48,201 nucleotides of DNA from a virus (lineage: Duplodnaviria > Caudoviricetes). Location: IMG/VR virus record IMGVR_UViG_3300020138_000007, positions 1 through 48,201 of that record; one strand, 5' to 3'. Both the position numbers and the translations under genes were made by a program. The notes beneath the pieces were generated by a model. That model saw nothing but the letters and a program-made list of their open reading frames with translations. It was not told the origin of the DNA and made no database searches. How positions within the stretch are numbered: position 1 is the first letter of the stretch; each line of letters begins with the position of its first letter. Positions 17,365 through 27,159 of this stretch are shown in pieces.

Positions 17365-17650
17365 AGGTAATACCGAAGGGTTCCGGGCGGAGAATAAGTT
17401 TAAGGTCCCACAGAAGATGTGGGGTTCTTGGACACTCGTCGCCCGGCATGTCTTCAACAAGACCTATGAGAGTATGATCAAGAACCCGGAGTTCTTCCTT
17501 CATACTGATATCATAAGAGCAGGAGAAACTCCTTCTTCTGTTCACTGGAAGGTCACCGCATGGAATGCCGCATTCACGGCAGCATCGATTACTTCTCGTG
17601 GTGAACGACACATCCTTGCCGATCTGACTAACAAAGTAAAGGGACGATGA
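17357..17650 (+). CDS. hypothetical protein
   Basis: Overlapping operon ORF containing HWKVTAWNAAF. Confidence 0.7.
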   Translation: MPRGNTEGFRAENKFKVPQKMWGSWTLVARHVFNKTYESMIKNPEFFLHTDIIRAGETPSSVHWKVTAWNAAFTAASITSRGERHILADLTNKVKGR

Positions 17651-17889
17651 TGAAGAATGAATCCTATGGTGTGATCGAAGTCTTTACCGATTGGGACGAC
17701 GCCGTGATGTGGGCAGAAGCCACGATCCGTGAGAAGGCCAAGGAAGGTTGGGAACTCTCACAGGGTTCTGGTGTCCAATACGTCAACAACCAATGGCGTG
17801 TCGGTCTGGGCTTCGATAAGGAAGGAGGCGTCAATCCTGACCTCGCAGAAGGGATTGAGACTCTGATCGAGGGTGACACGATTGGCTAA
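17647..17889 (+). CDS. hypothetical protein
   Basis: ATGA coupling. Confidence 0.7.
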   Translation: MMKNESYGVIEVFTDWDDAVMWAEATIREKAKEGWELSQGSGVQYVNNQWRVGLGFDKEGGVNPDLAEGIETLIEGDTIG

Positions 17890-17918
17890 GAAGCCTCTTC
17901 ACGTAATCGGAGATTACT

Positions 17919-18101
17919 ATGGCGCGTAAACCGCTTTACGGTAAGATTCTTGTGTCTCGATCATTTCCTACACAGGTCGAGGCACAAGACTTCGCGAAGG
18001 AATACAAGGCACAATATAGACAGGCCGACATGTCAATCAAATATGACATCAATCGGACAGCAGCTTCTGAATGGACAGCGACGGTATATGTCAAAATCTG
18101 A
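17919..18101 (+). CDS. hypothetical protein (60 aa)
   Basis: GGAG RBS. Confidence 0.7.
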   Translation: MARKPLYGKILVSRSFPTQVEAQDFAKEYKAQYRQADMSIKYDINRTAASEWTATVYVKI

Positions 18102-18465
18102 CGTTCCAAAAATTCTAATCTGTGGTGGGCGTGATTACGCTGATTGGTTTAGATTCAGAAATACTCTTGAGAAAATAATCAATGAGAGAGTTTGGGTGTC
18201 TGAGCCAGACGAATTTGGAAATTATCTTCCGAGAGTCGTGATCATTTCTGGAGCAGCAAAGGGTGCTGACCAGATGGCAATTGAATTCGATGAGTATCCA
18301 GCAGATTGGAAGAAATATGGAAAACAAGCTGGTCCAATCAGAAATCAACAGATGTTAGACGAAGGTCAACCTGATTTAGTTGTGGCTTTTCCCGGTGGAA
18401 GTGGGACAAAAGATATGATTCATCGAGCAAAGAAAGCAGGAGTCGAAGTAATTGAAGTCCATTAA
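18088..18465 (+). CDS. YspA/DUF2493-type SLOG protein
   Basis: KILICGGRDY, IISGAAKGAD, YPADWKKYGKQAGPIRNQQML, VAFPGGSGTKDMI. Confidence 0.88.
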   Translation: MSKSDVPKILICGGRDYADWFRFRNTLEKIINERVWVSEPDEFGNYLPRVVIISGAAKGADQMAIEFDEYPADWKKYGKQAGPIRNQQMLDEGQPDLVVAFPGGSGTKDMIHRAKKAGVEVIEVH

Positions 18466-18880
18466 ATCAATTTATCTAATCGGGAGTCTACGGAATGAAG
18501 AAATTCCTGAACATGCTGAAACGCTACGATCCTTGGGTCTTGATGTGTTCGATGACTGGTTTGCAGCCGGACCTGAGGCCGACGATTACTGGAAGAAATA
18601 TGAGACGGGCCGTGGGAATGGGTATAAGGAAGCTCTACGAGGGTATGCGGCTCGCCATGTATTCTCTTTTGACAAGTATCATCTTGATCGTTGCGACGCT
18701 GCTATACTTGCTCTTCCTGCTGGCCGTTCTGGCCACCTTGAGCTTGGCTATGTTGCTGGGTGCGGTAAACCGACCTTTATTCTACTTGATGGACAAGACT
18801 CACGATTTGACGTGATGTACCAGTTCGCGACAGAGGTCTTTTTCGATAAGGAGGAAATAATTGCATACTTTAAGAGTTGA
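18452..18880 (+). CDS. nucleoside 2-deoxyribosyltransferase-like (NDT superfamily) N-glycosidase
   Basis: IYLIGS, D...LDRCDA.IL, GRSGHLELGY...GKP; TTG start after AGGAG. Confidence 0.8.
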   Translation: MKSIKSIYLIGSLRNEEIPEHAETLRSLGLDVFDDWFAAGPEADDYWKKYETGRGNGYKEALRGYAARHVFSFDKYHLDRCDAAILALPAGRSGHLELGYVAGCGKPTFILLDGQDSRFDVMYQFATEVFFDKEEIIAYFKS

Positions 18881-19023
18881 TAATATTAGAATTCATTCTA
18901 TGTATGAATTCATTAACCATCCATATTTCCAAATTACAGATGATAATACTGAATATATCAATATCACTTTCGATCAACTAGAACAATTATACACATGGGC
19001 CGCATCCATCCACGAGGAAAAAA

Positions 19024-19395
19024 GTGATAACAGCAAATGAAGGACAGAAATATAAGGCAGATGCAGGAAAACTCCGAGCAGGACTCGTCTTCGAAGGAAT
19101 GCCTAGATCACTGCTTATGCTCGCAGCAGTCCTCTCTTACGGCGCACAGAAATATGAAGCCAACTCATGGAAGAAAGTCGCAGGAGGGCGATACTTTGAC
19201 GCTAAATTCCGACATCTTTTGGAGTCCTTGGCGGGTCTAGGGGAGTTCGATGACGAGTCGGGCATCCTTCATGAGGCTCATGAGTTGTGTAACTCTATGT
19301 TCATCCTAGAACAAAAGCTTGAAGAACTCTCTCCAGAAGAATTCAAGAAACTCTTGAAGTTTAACAAACCTCCTCAAGATCATAAAGGAAAATAA
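19024..19395 (+). CDS. dATP/dGTP diphosphohydrolase-like (DUF5664)
   Basis: KADAGK.R..L, VLSYGAQKY..NSWK, RY.DA..RH, DDESGILH.AH..CN.MF. Confidence 0.85.
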   Translation: MITANEGQKYKADAGKLRAGLVFEGMPRSLLMLAAVLSYGAQKYEANSWKKVAGGRYFDAKFRHLLESLAGLGEFDDESGILHEAHELCNSMFILEQKLEELSPEEFKKLLKFNKPPQDHKGK

Positions 19396-19397
19396 GA

Positions 19398-19558
19398 TGA
19401 ATCGAGAATTTCGTATCTTTGAAGTCGATAAGTACGACAACAACTTCTTCGTCTGTCGTCATTCGACACTTGAGTCTGCCAAGCATTGGCTTAAGACTGT
19501 CAATCCCGATGGTGAGAAATTCATCATCAAGGATGAGGACGAAAAGGTCTATGAATGA
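19398..19558 (+). CDS. small hypothetical protein
   Basis: MNREFRIFEVDKYD...; AAGGA RBS; overlaps the next start. Coordinates approximate. Confidence 0.55.
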
Positions 19559-19905
19559 AGATAGCTCTTGACTACGATAAGACGTACAACGTCGACAAAG
19601 AATTCTGGAATAAGTTTGTCCAGCTTTGCTTTGAATATGGACATGATGTACGTATAGTCACAGCGAGGAGTCCGACAGACGACCCCCTCTCTGAAGACAA
19701 GGTTCCAGACATTCCAGTCATCTATTGTGACGGAATAGCCAAGAGGTTCTTCTGTCATTGGTTTGTCGATAAGAAGTCTGTCGATGAACGTGGGTGGGAC
19801 CCTGATGTCTGGATCGACGACAAGCCAGAAGGTATCGGTCAGAACTCGACAGCCACCAAGGAAATTCTAGAAGAGTGGCGCAAGAGTGAAGAGTACCAGA
19901 AATAA
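19555..19905 (+). CDS. HAD-superfamily phosphatase
   Basis: MKIALDYDKT (DxD), IVTAR, K, VWIDDKP. Confidence 0.85.
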   Translation: MKIALDYDKTYNVDKEFWNKFVQLCFEYGHDVRIVTARSPTDDPLSEDKVPDIPVIYCDGIAKRFFCHWFVDKKSVDERGWDPDVWIDDKPEGIGQNSTATKEILEEWRKSEEYQK

Positions 19906-19960
19906 ATAAACCCCCGGCTCGATCCTTTCGGAAAGAGTACCGGGGGTTTTCTTTTATTTA
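19902..19960. terminator. bidirectional rho-independent terminator between the two arms
   Basis: AAACCCCCGG...CCGGGGGTTTT, flanked by A- and T-tracts, between convergent stop codons. Confidence 0.9.
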
Positions 19961-19971
19961 AAGTCCAGAGA

Positions 19972-22491
19972 TTAAAGGACTTCTCTGGCCCATTTGGGAA
20001 GAGAGGTGTTGTGGTAATTAGGACCCCAAGATCTCTTCTTTCCTTTGTCGATATGGAGAGAGTTCGGATAGACACCAATCCCGTTGAAACCCATCGCACG
20101 GGCCTTCTTGATCAATTCCTTCCTCTCAGGAATAGAGAGATCACTCACATCAATATCGACGGCATTCCCATGCATGTGCTGTGAACGTTTGGCACCTCCT
20201 GCTTTACGGTTTCTCTCTGGGTCACGATAACCCGAGACAATCGGAAGTTCACGACCCCATGATTTCTGTAGAGCCGTCAATCCTGAGACGACCTCTGGTC
20301 GGAGATTTCCAAGATCAGGAGTGTACCCTCTTTTCCTAGAAGACACCAGTTCTCCAAGACCTAGATTCCTTCGTGTCTCATTACGAGCTTCGTCAGACAT
20401 CAACTCTCCGACAGGACGAAGAAGACTTGGGGTTTGACCGAACGAGTCTTCATCTAAGACATCGTAGTCTTCATTTTCTACGAAGTCGATCTCACCGTTG
20501 TCTTCAGGGATTTCAGGGAGTTCCTGATCGTCTCCTTGGAAGGTCGGACGACGAGCGCCTGTCTCTTCGATTGCCTGTCCAAGAGGCTTAGACAATCCTT
20601 CGTACATCCAAGAGAAGAAGCCCTTCTTTTCCTGAGCGGCAGGACCCTCGGCTGACGGATTGACGCCATCCAGATCGATAGACAACGAACGGACAAACTC
20701 TCTTGCAGCTTCTTCTCGGTCTCCACCCTCGGCATCGATGATAGGAGCCATGACAGAGAAGACCTTATTCATCGCATCGACAGCCCTACCGTAAGGTTTC
20801 CAGACACGAGCGACCTCTTGTGGGTCTAGTCCGGCAGGGGCTACGACAGACACCCTCATAGACTTAGGGTCAAACTGTAGCTGTATCTGTGAGTTCCAGT
20901 CTTTGAGTCCGGCATTCAGAGAGTTGATGTCACCGGCAGCAGCCGAGAAGGCAGGGATAGAACGAGCCTTAGTGAAGGCCCAATCCCGGTAGATACGCTT
21001 GTCTTCGTCTGTACCCTTTTCGTAGATCGCCTTCGTCACACGGGGGTCTAGGAACCTCGTATAGAGGGTTTCCATGTCAGCAGGGTCTACCACCCTACGA
21101 TCAAGCCAATCCTTTGCTTGAGGCCCAAAGGTCGACTGTACGATGTTATGGACAGACTCCGGCGTAACTCTCTGGTCAGTCAGTGCCGAGAACGAAGAAT
21201 TCAATGCCGCCTTCGTCAATCCAGAGTCACCCTGATCAACCGTCTTCGAAAGGATAGAGGTGTCACCATTCATCATACGACCGGCGACCTCGTCAGCAAT
21301 CTGTTGAGACTTACTGTCGTTGACACGACCGAAGATGTCGAGTTTCCTCTGAGGATCGATGAACCATTCTCGTCCGAGGTCTTGGTTGATCTTCGTCAGA
21401 CCGACACCGATCTTGATGTCAGGGTCATTGAAGAGATCATTGACCTGTTTATCTTCGATGACTTTGTTCAGCGTCGCATAACGAGATGCCAACTTGAAGT
21501 CACCTCCGAGGACGGCTTCCTTAGCCTGTGTCAGGGGGTACATCGCGTTATCGATAGCTTTGTTCAAATCGTCATTCGAGAGAATGCCGTGAGACACGTA
21601 ATTGATCTGGCCCCTCTGATAGAGCCTTTGACGAAGGGTCGTCTCTGCCTGACTGATAAGACTGATAAATTGGTCAGTCTCCTGTGGAGTACCACCACCT
21701 CTGGCCGTAAATTCGTTGATACGCTGTTCGAAAGACGGATCGTTGGCGTTCGTCGCAGAAGTCAGAAAAGACTGAGTGATGAACGAGAAGTCCTGATCGA
21801 CAGTCTTCTTAGCCTGTACATCGTTGAACTGGTTCTCCGAAGCCATAAGCTGGAGTTCCTTGGTCCTCATACCGATCTGCTCTTCCTTCGACTTATACTT
21901 CGACACTCCAATCTGGACTTGATCGAAAGAGTATTTGCCGGGGTTCTCGAAGTAGTCAGGGTAGAGGGTGGAGATCACCCCCTCGTTCTCTTTCACATAC
22001 TGTCTTTGGAATTTCTCCTCGTTCGATGCAGCAGATTGTGCCTGACTGATCTGAGAGAGGATGGCATCACGATATGCATTCGCAGGACGAGTCCCCGTGA
22101 CAGACTGGATGGTCGAGTCTACGACAGACTCGTAGCCGGGGTGTCTGGCCCGAAGTTGTTTAGACAACGTAGCCAGACGACCGTAGTAATTGACTTCGGA
22201 GAGTTTCCCCTGTTCGAAGGCATTTTGTAGGACTTGCATCTGATCAAGACCGTCAGTCAGACCAGAAGGGGCATCGACACCGAACTCCTTGTTGACCTGA
22301 CTAAACATCTCGTCAGCCTCGTCCCGGATATCAAGCTGATTAGCCGTATCCTTGACTTGCATGACATTCTGTGCGGTGTCTGTCAGCCCACTAAAGAGGG
22401 TTTCGAAAGTCCTGTTAGCACCGGTCCCCCGAGAGACCGAAGTCAAATCGGGGAGGCCAGTATCCTGAGTTTGTGGATTAAAAGCTGCCAT
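19972..22491 (-). CDS. internal virion (ejection) protein with C-terminal peptidase M15 domain
   Basis: C-terminal SGYRDPERN...SQHMHGNAVDI...GIGVY..SLHID Zn-peptidase motifs; last gene of the structural arm. Confidence 0.85.
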   Translation of the reverse strand: MAAFNPQTQDTGLPDLTSVSRGTGANRTFETLFSGLTDTAQNVMQVKDTANQLDIRDEADEMFSQVNKEFGVDAPSGLTDGLDQMQVLQNAFEQGKLSEVNYYGRLATLSKQLRARHPGYESVVDSTIQSVTGTRPANAYRDAILSQISQAQSAASNEEKFQRQYVKENEGVISTLYPDYFENPGKYSFDQVQIGVSKYKSKEEQIGMRTKELQLMASENQFNDVQAKKTVDQDFSFITQSFLTSATNANDPSFEQRINEFTARGGGTPQETDQFISLISQAETTLRQRLYQRGQINYVSHGILSNDDLNKAIDNAMYPLTQAKEAVLGGDFKLASRYATLNKVIEDKQVNDLFNDPDIKIGVGLTKINQDLGREWFIDPQRKLDIFGRVNDSKSQQIADEVAGRMMNGDTSILSKTVDQGDSGLTKAALNSSFSALTDQRVTPESVHNIVQSTFGPQAKDWLDRRVVDPADMETLYTRFLDPRVTKAIYEKGTDEDKRIYRDWAFTKARSIPAFSAAAGDINSLNAGLKDWNSQIQLQFDPKSMRVSVVAPAGLDPQEVARVWKPYGRAVDAMNKVFSVMAPIIDAEGGDREEAAREFVRSLSIDLDGVNPSAEGPAAQEKKGFFSWMYEGLSKPLGQAIEETGARRPTFQGDDQELPEIPEDNGEIDFVENEDYDVLDEDSFGQTPSLLRPVGELMSDEARNETRRNLGLGELVSSRKRGYTPDLGNLRPEVVSGLTALQKSWGRELPIVSGYRDPERNRKAGGAKRSQHMHGNAVDIDVSDLSIPERKELIKKARAMGFNGIGVYPNSLHIDKGKKRSWGPNYHNTSLPKWAREVL

Positions 22492-22496
22492 ATTTC

Positions 22497-25400
22497 CTAC
22501 TCTTCTGGAGTGACAGAACGAGACTTACGTTCCATCTCTTTGTCATACTGTTCTAGAGAGATGTCTTCAAGCGTTTTGGAGTCAGCCGCATAACGAGATA
22601 TCTGGGCTTTCTCGGAAGGAGTAAATCCCCAGAGTTCCATATCGACTTTGATACCCCTGATGAGGCTCTCACGAGTGGCTGAAGATTCTAGTTTCCTCGC
22701 ATCACGCAATCGATTAATCAGATCTTTCTTGGCCTCTTCTCTCTCGTCTTTCAAAGCACGAGAGGCAGAGAGTTTGGAGTAAGATCTCTCGATTTCTTCT
22801 GGTTGGAGGCCGGTCACGGCAGCCATGATTGCATCAGGCAAATCCATCTTGGTGATGTCGAAGCCATTCTTTGATGCCCACGTACCGAAGTTATAGACGT
22901 GGTAGAGCTTGGCAGCAGAATCGACAGTCGTGATGTTTCTCAACGCCTTGACGAAGTCTTCTTTCGCCAGATTATAGAGTCCACCGTCGAAGTCGTTAGT
23001 CTCGGACAAGAGTGCTGTAGCACCATTCCAAGCACTCGACCAGAGTGACTTACCGGCCTCGAAGCCGATACCACCAGACGCACCCATCAGAAGATCAGAC
23101 AGACCCTTGTCACCTCTGAATAGATCATAGAAGGTCGGAAGACCTCCGGGACCATAGGATGACGAGATGTTCCACTCTTTACCAATCATGAAGTCTGTCA
23201 TCGTAGTGACTAGACCATCCATAAATGGTTGGAGGAGTGGGTCTTGGGGGTCCATTCCCTGTTCATACATCGTATCCATCAACCAATCTCTGACCGGGAA
23301 GACACCGACACCGGCACCTACCGAGACAGGAAGACCATACATCGCAGAGTATCCGAGAAAGAGTCTGGCCCTTTCAGCCCCGGTCAATTGCTTGCCGAGA
23401 AGCTGGTCCATAATACGAGCTTGATACCCAAAGAACTGGGTGATGACGGAAGAGTACCCCTTCTGCCATGCGGCATTTCCTTCACGAGTCATATTACCGA
23501 CGAGTGTCTTAGCCCGATAGAGGATGTCAGCCTCATCACGACGAGTGATCTTGGCCCCCTTCAGGGCAGCCTTCTTTTCGAGATAGGCAGTCCCCCATGC
23601 AGCAAGACGAGACATCCGTTCACCCTCGTAGAAGGGCGTTGCACTGGTCTTCAGAGCCTTTTGGATACCTCGTTTAGTCTTTGACTCTACGAGTTCTGGA
23701 GAACGGAGGTCGTCTAGATAAGCGACGTCACCACCGATCTCATTGAACCCAGACTTCTTGTAGAGATTCATCAACTCTACGAACTCATCCTTCTTCATCA
23801 ATCCAAGGGCTTCTACCTTACGGCCAGAGGCTTCAAGGATTTCCTTCGAGCCGTTCCAGAGTACTCCACGCATGAACGGATAGGCTATCGACGACTTCAG
23901 ACCATTGACGCCACCGACAGAAACGACGTTGACGACAGAGTTAGCCTGCTTGAAATATTGAGTCGGGTTCCAAAATCCCATCTTCGTATGGAAAGCAAGG
24001 GATTTGAAGAACGACGCAGGGTTCTTTGTCTTAGCCAACATGTTCTCTGACAGCCACTCCTCTCCACGAGGACCCATCTTCGGGATAATCGGGGAGACGA
24101 TCTTCTCTTTGATCAGATCGACCTTTCTAGAGACGGCATCAGAGTTATCCATCAAGAGATTGAATGCACGAGAGACATTCCTTGCCCTCTGGACCTTGGC
24201 CGACAATTCAGGAGATTGCTCTGCCTGAAGGGTGAACTTTGGGTCTTGTATGACCGACAATCCTTGAGACTTCAGTTCATTCAAAGAACCATCAAGGACG
24301 TCAGAGAACTCACGAATGAAGTTCTTCATAGACATGATCTTGTAGTCGTTGAAGAGGTGGGTCGAAATCATGTCAGACGAGGCGGACTTCATCGCTTCGA
24401 GGGGGGAGAGGTACGGAGCATCCTCTACGAGGAATTTCACATCACTCTCTGACTTCACGATACCGATATCGGTCTCAGAACGTTCACCACCAAACCTACC
24501 AAGAAGGCGATCACCCGGCTTATGCTCGGACTTCGTCATGTCTCGGAGGTTCAATCCCTTATAGGCTGCCGTATCAATCGTACGAGAGCCAGAACGAGTC
24601 ACTGTAAACGGAACCGTGATGTCGATAGTCTTATCGGTCACGGCTGCCATCAACTCTCTGGTAGAGATCGGGAGGTTATCACGAGCGAACTTCATCGCAT
24701 CAGGTTCGTTGCGAACCATCTTCTGACGCCAGACTTCAAGAGTATCGACGAACTTCTTCGCCTCACCCTCTGTCCTAGCATTGAAGAGTGTCATATCACC
24801 ACGATAGTAAGAACCTTCACCCGAGACCTTTCCTTGTTTGACATACCAAGGGTAGCGGACGATCTTATGTCCACCCGGCTTACGGTCGATATTCTTGACG
24901 CCGACACGACTACGACGGAAATTCTTGGAGACGACATAGTCGTAGTATTTACCGTCGATGTTGAAGTCGGAATTCACCGCATTGATGATCTTATATCCCT
25001 CGTCTAAAAGCTTCTGGATAGACTCACGTCCCTTCTCACCTATGGTGGCAGAGTATTGGGTTCCAGTGACCTTCCCATTCTGGATGATTGCGACTTTGAA
25101 GGGTTCAGGATTTTCGTAAGGAAGACGGTCGACGACCTTTCCTTCGAACGACTGTCGCCAACTCTCTGTAGTCTCAGGAGTCCGGTCGACACGGATGTCG
25201 ATCTCGATGTCCTCGAAACCATTCATCGCTTTCTGCTTGTACCAGTTCAGATCCCGGATAGCCAGATCAAGGTCGGAGACATTTGTATAACCGAAGTAGG
25301 CCTCTACCTGTTTCTCCGACGGCATCTTCTTGAAGCGATCATGGAAGGCTTCTTCGAACTCCGAGACGGTGTCGTAGAACTTCTGACTCTTCTGGTTGAC

Positions 25401-27149
25401 GAACATCAGATCATTGACCTCGGAGAGTTCCCTCTTTGAGAGTTCACCAATCGATCTCGTCATCTCTGAAAAGAGATTGTCGATCTGCTCTTTACTGGAA
25501 GTCAGTACGGCTCTGGCAACCCTCTGTTGGTCAGAGACCTGCTCGATGGGTGAACGGAGCCACGAGAGAGTTTGAGAGATGTCAGAACGAGAGGTAGGAG
25601 TAGTCTGAGTAGTGTCGAGACGAAGATCCCAAGCACGAGATTCGTCAAGAGTCTTGGTGATCTCGACCTGATAAGAGTCTCCCTTCTGTACTACCTTATA
25701 GTCATTCGTCAGAGGTTTGATATAACGAGTCACATAGGCTTTTGCCTGACCCTCAGACTCGAAGAGAGAGCCGTCTCTATGACCTATGATGATCTTGGCG
25801 TTATAGACATTACCAACATCGACCTCTGATTCGACATCTATGACGTTCTTCGCTACATTCGGATGATCCCTCATGAATTGACGAGAGAGATCGTCGCGGA
25901 GAGCAAGGACTTCGTCTGCCGTCAACGTATCGATGCGGTTGGTGTCGAGAATACGACGAGCAAGATCACCGTTCTCAAGAATTGCATCCTTAAGACGGGT
26001 GTATGCAGCCTTACCGAGTTGAGTCCCACCAGACATCGCAGCATCGGGTGCCATGATGTTGGGTATCGAGTTTTCGAGTTCCTTCGCGTTCTTGATGCCA
26101 CCGAAGAATACGTCCTTGACATCCGTACCATTACGGACAGCCTCTGCCATCTCTTCGGCTATCTTACCAGTCCCGGAATCAAGGGTACGTCCGACAGCAC
26201 CAGCTATCTCAGACATCTTGGTCGGATTGGCACGAGAGACCTTCGAAATCGTCTTCATGGCAGACCCGAGCTTACCGACAGGAATCAGACTAGCGAGGTC
26301 CATACCTGCCGTGATCGTATTGAGTGCAGCATCGGAATTGCCGAACGACATCATCCCCTGAAACCACTCACGGAATGCATAGGGGTTTCTGGCAGAAAGA
26401 TCATCCTTGATCCGGTCGATGTAGGATTTAAATTCATCTGGATCAGACAATCCCCAGAGGAAAGCGTATCCTTCGAGTCGATTCTGTCCCGGAAGAGCAG
26501 GGAGATCATCGAGCTCGGCAGAGGAACCGACTTGATTATAAGTCTGGTAATTGCCGACAATCATGTTCTCACCGAGATTATAGACAGTCCCGAGCCAAGA
26601 TTGGTCTTGGACAGACTTCTCAGCCTCGTCCAACATGGTATTTAGATAGTTCTGCTTATAAGCAAAGACCTCTGAACGATCTAGGATCTCATTACTCTTC
26701 TCTGGATCAGTCGCCATCGCTTCATCAAGGATATCATTCTCAAGAAGGGCAGCACCAGTAGTGACATACTTCTTGGCGTATTCTCTTTCAATGATGTCAG
26801 ACAGGTCAGGAGAGCGGAGTTCGCTCATCGACATCCCTTGGACTACAGAGACGACCTCTGGAGTAATCGCAGAAGGATCAGACTGAAGGACCGAATCGAG
26901 GATGTCGTTCTTGACCTGTTGCTGTTGAATGACATTTCTCTGGGCGAGAATACGACGGTAAGACTGATCATTACCCGTCGTGAAAGACGAGGCAAGCTGA
27001 TCTATACCGGGGGACTCTTCGCCCAGAGCGATGTGGAGTTTTGCCGCCTGAGACTCTTGATAATCAGGAGTGTGGGGCGGAGTATTCTGATCGTGTAGAT
27101 CTAGAAGAGGGCGACGGACTACCTGATCTTGATCGAGAGACAGCGGCAT
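22497..27149 (-). CDS. large internal virion (ejection) protein, about 1550 aa
   Basis: Size and position; AAGGAG RBS before ATG at 27149 (MPLSLDQ). Confidence 0.8.
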   Translation of the reverse strand: MPLSLDQDQVVRRPLLDLHDQNTPPHTPDYQESQAAKLHIALGEESPGIDQLASSFTTGNDQSYRRILAQRNVIQQQQVKNDILDSVLQSDPSAITPEVVSVVQGMSMSELRSPDLSDIIEREYAKKYVTTGAALLENDILDEAMATDPEKSNEILDRSEVFAYKQNYLNTMLDEAEKSVQDQSWLGTVYNLGENMIVGNYQTYNQVGSSAELDDLPALPGQNRLEGYAFLWGLSDPDEFKSYIDRIKDDLSARNPYAFREWFQGMMSFGNSDAALNTITAGMDLASLIPVGKLGSAMKTISKVSRANPTKMSEIAGAVGRTLDSGTGKIAEEMAEAVRNGTDVKDVFFGGIKNAKELENSIPNIMAPDAAMSGGTQLGKAAYTRLKDAILENGDLARRILDTNRIDTLTADEVLALRDDLSRQFMRDHPNVAKNVIDVESEVDVGNVYNAKIIIGHRDGSLFESEGQAKAYVTRYIKPLTNDYKVVQKGDSYQVEITKTLDESRAWDLRLDTTQTTPTSRSDISQTLSWLRSPIEQVSDQQRVARAVLTSSKEQIDNLFSEMTRSIGELSKRELSEVNDLMFVNQKSQKFYDTVSEFEEAFHDRFKKMPSEKQVEAYFGYTNVSDLDLAIRDLNWYKQKAMNGFEDIEIDIRVDRTPETTESWRQSFEGKVVDRLPYENPEPFKVAIIQNGKVTGTQYSATIGEKGRESIQKLLDEGYKIINAVNSDFNIDGKYYDYVVSKNFRRSRVGVKNIDRKPGGHKIVRYPWYVKQGKVSGEGSYYRGDMTLFNARTEGEAKKFVDTLEVWRQKMVRNEPDAMKFARDNLPISTRELMAAVTDKTIDITVPFTVTRSGSRTIDTAAYKGLNLRDMTKSEHKPGDRLLGRFGGERSETDIGIVKSESDVKFLVEDAPYLSPLEAMKSASSDMISTHLFNDYKIMSMKNFIREFSDVLDGSLNELKSQGLSVIQDPKFTLQAEQSPELSAKVQRARNVSRAFNLLMDNSDAVSRKVDLIKEKIVSPIIPKMGPRGEEWLSENMLAKTKNPASFFKSLAFHTKMGFWNPTQYFKQANSVVNVVSVGGVNGLKSSIAYPFMRGVLWNGSKEILEASGRKVEALGLMKKDEFVELMNLYKKSGFNEIGGDVAYLDDLRSPELVESKTKRGIQKALKTSATPFYEGERMSRLAAWGTAYLEKKAALKGAKITRRDEADILYRAKTLVGNMTREGNAAWQKGYSSVITQFFGYQARIMDQLLGKQLTGAERARLFLGYSAMYGLPVSVGAGVGVFPVRDWLMDTMYEQGMDPQDPLLQPFMDGLVTTMTDFMIGKEWNISSSYGPGGLPTFYDLFRGDKGLSDLLMGASGGIGFEAGKSLWSSAWNGATALLSETNDFDGGLYNLAKEDFVKALRNITTVDSAAKLYHVYNFGTWASKNGFDITKMDLPDAIMAAVTGLQPEEIERSYSKLSASRALKDEREEAKKDLINRLRDARKLESSATRESLIRGIKVDMELWGFTPSEKAQISRYAADSKTLEDISLEQYDKEMERKSRSVTPEE

Positions 27150-27159
27150 GAGAACTCCT

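Noticed and set aside
19024-19395. 2-aminoadenine (Z) genome system suggested by DUF5664
   Set aside because: No PurZ/adenylosuccinate-synthetase-like gene was recognised in the genome.
21118-22230. Long antisense ORFs (also 25863-26645, 32809-33516, 36051-37163, 40639-41559)
   Set aside because: They are shadows of codon-biased structural genes on the other strand, with no RBS or motifs.
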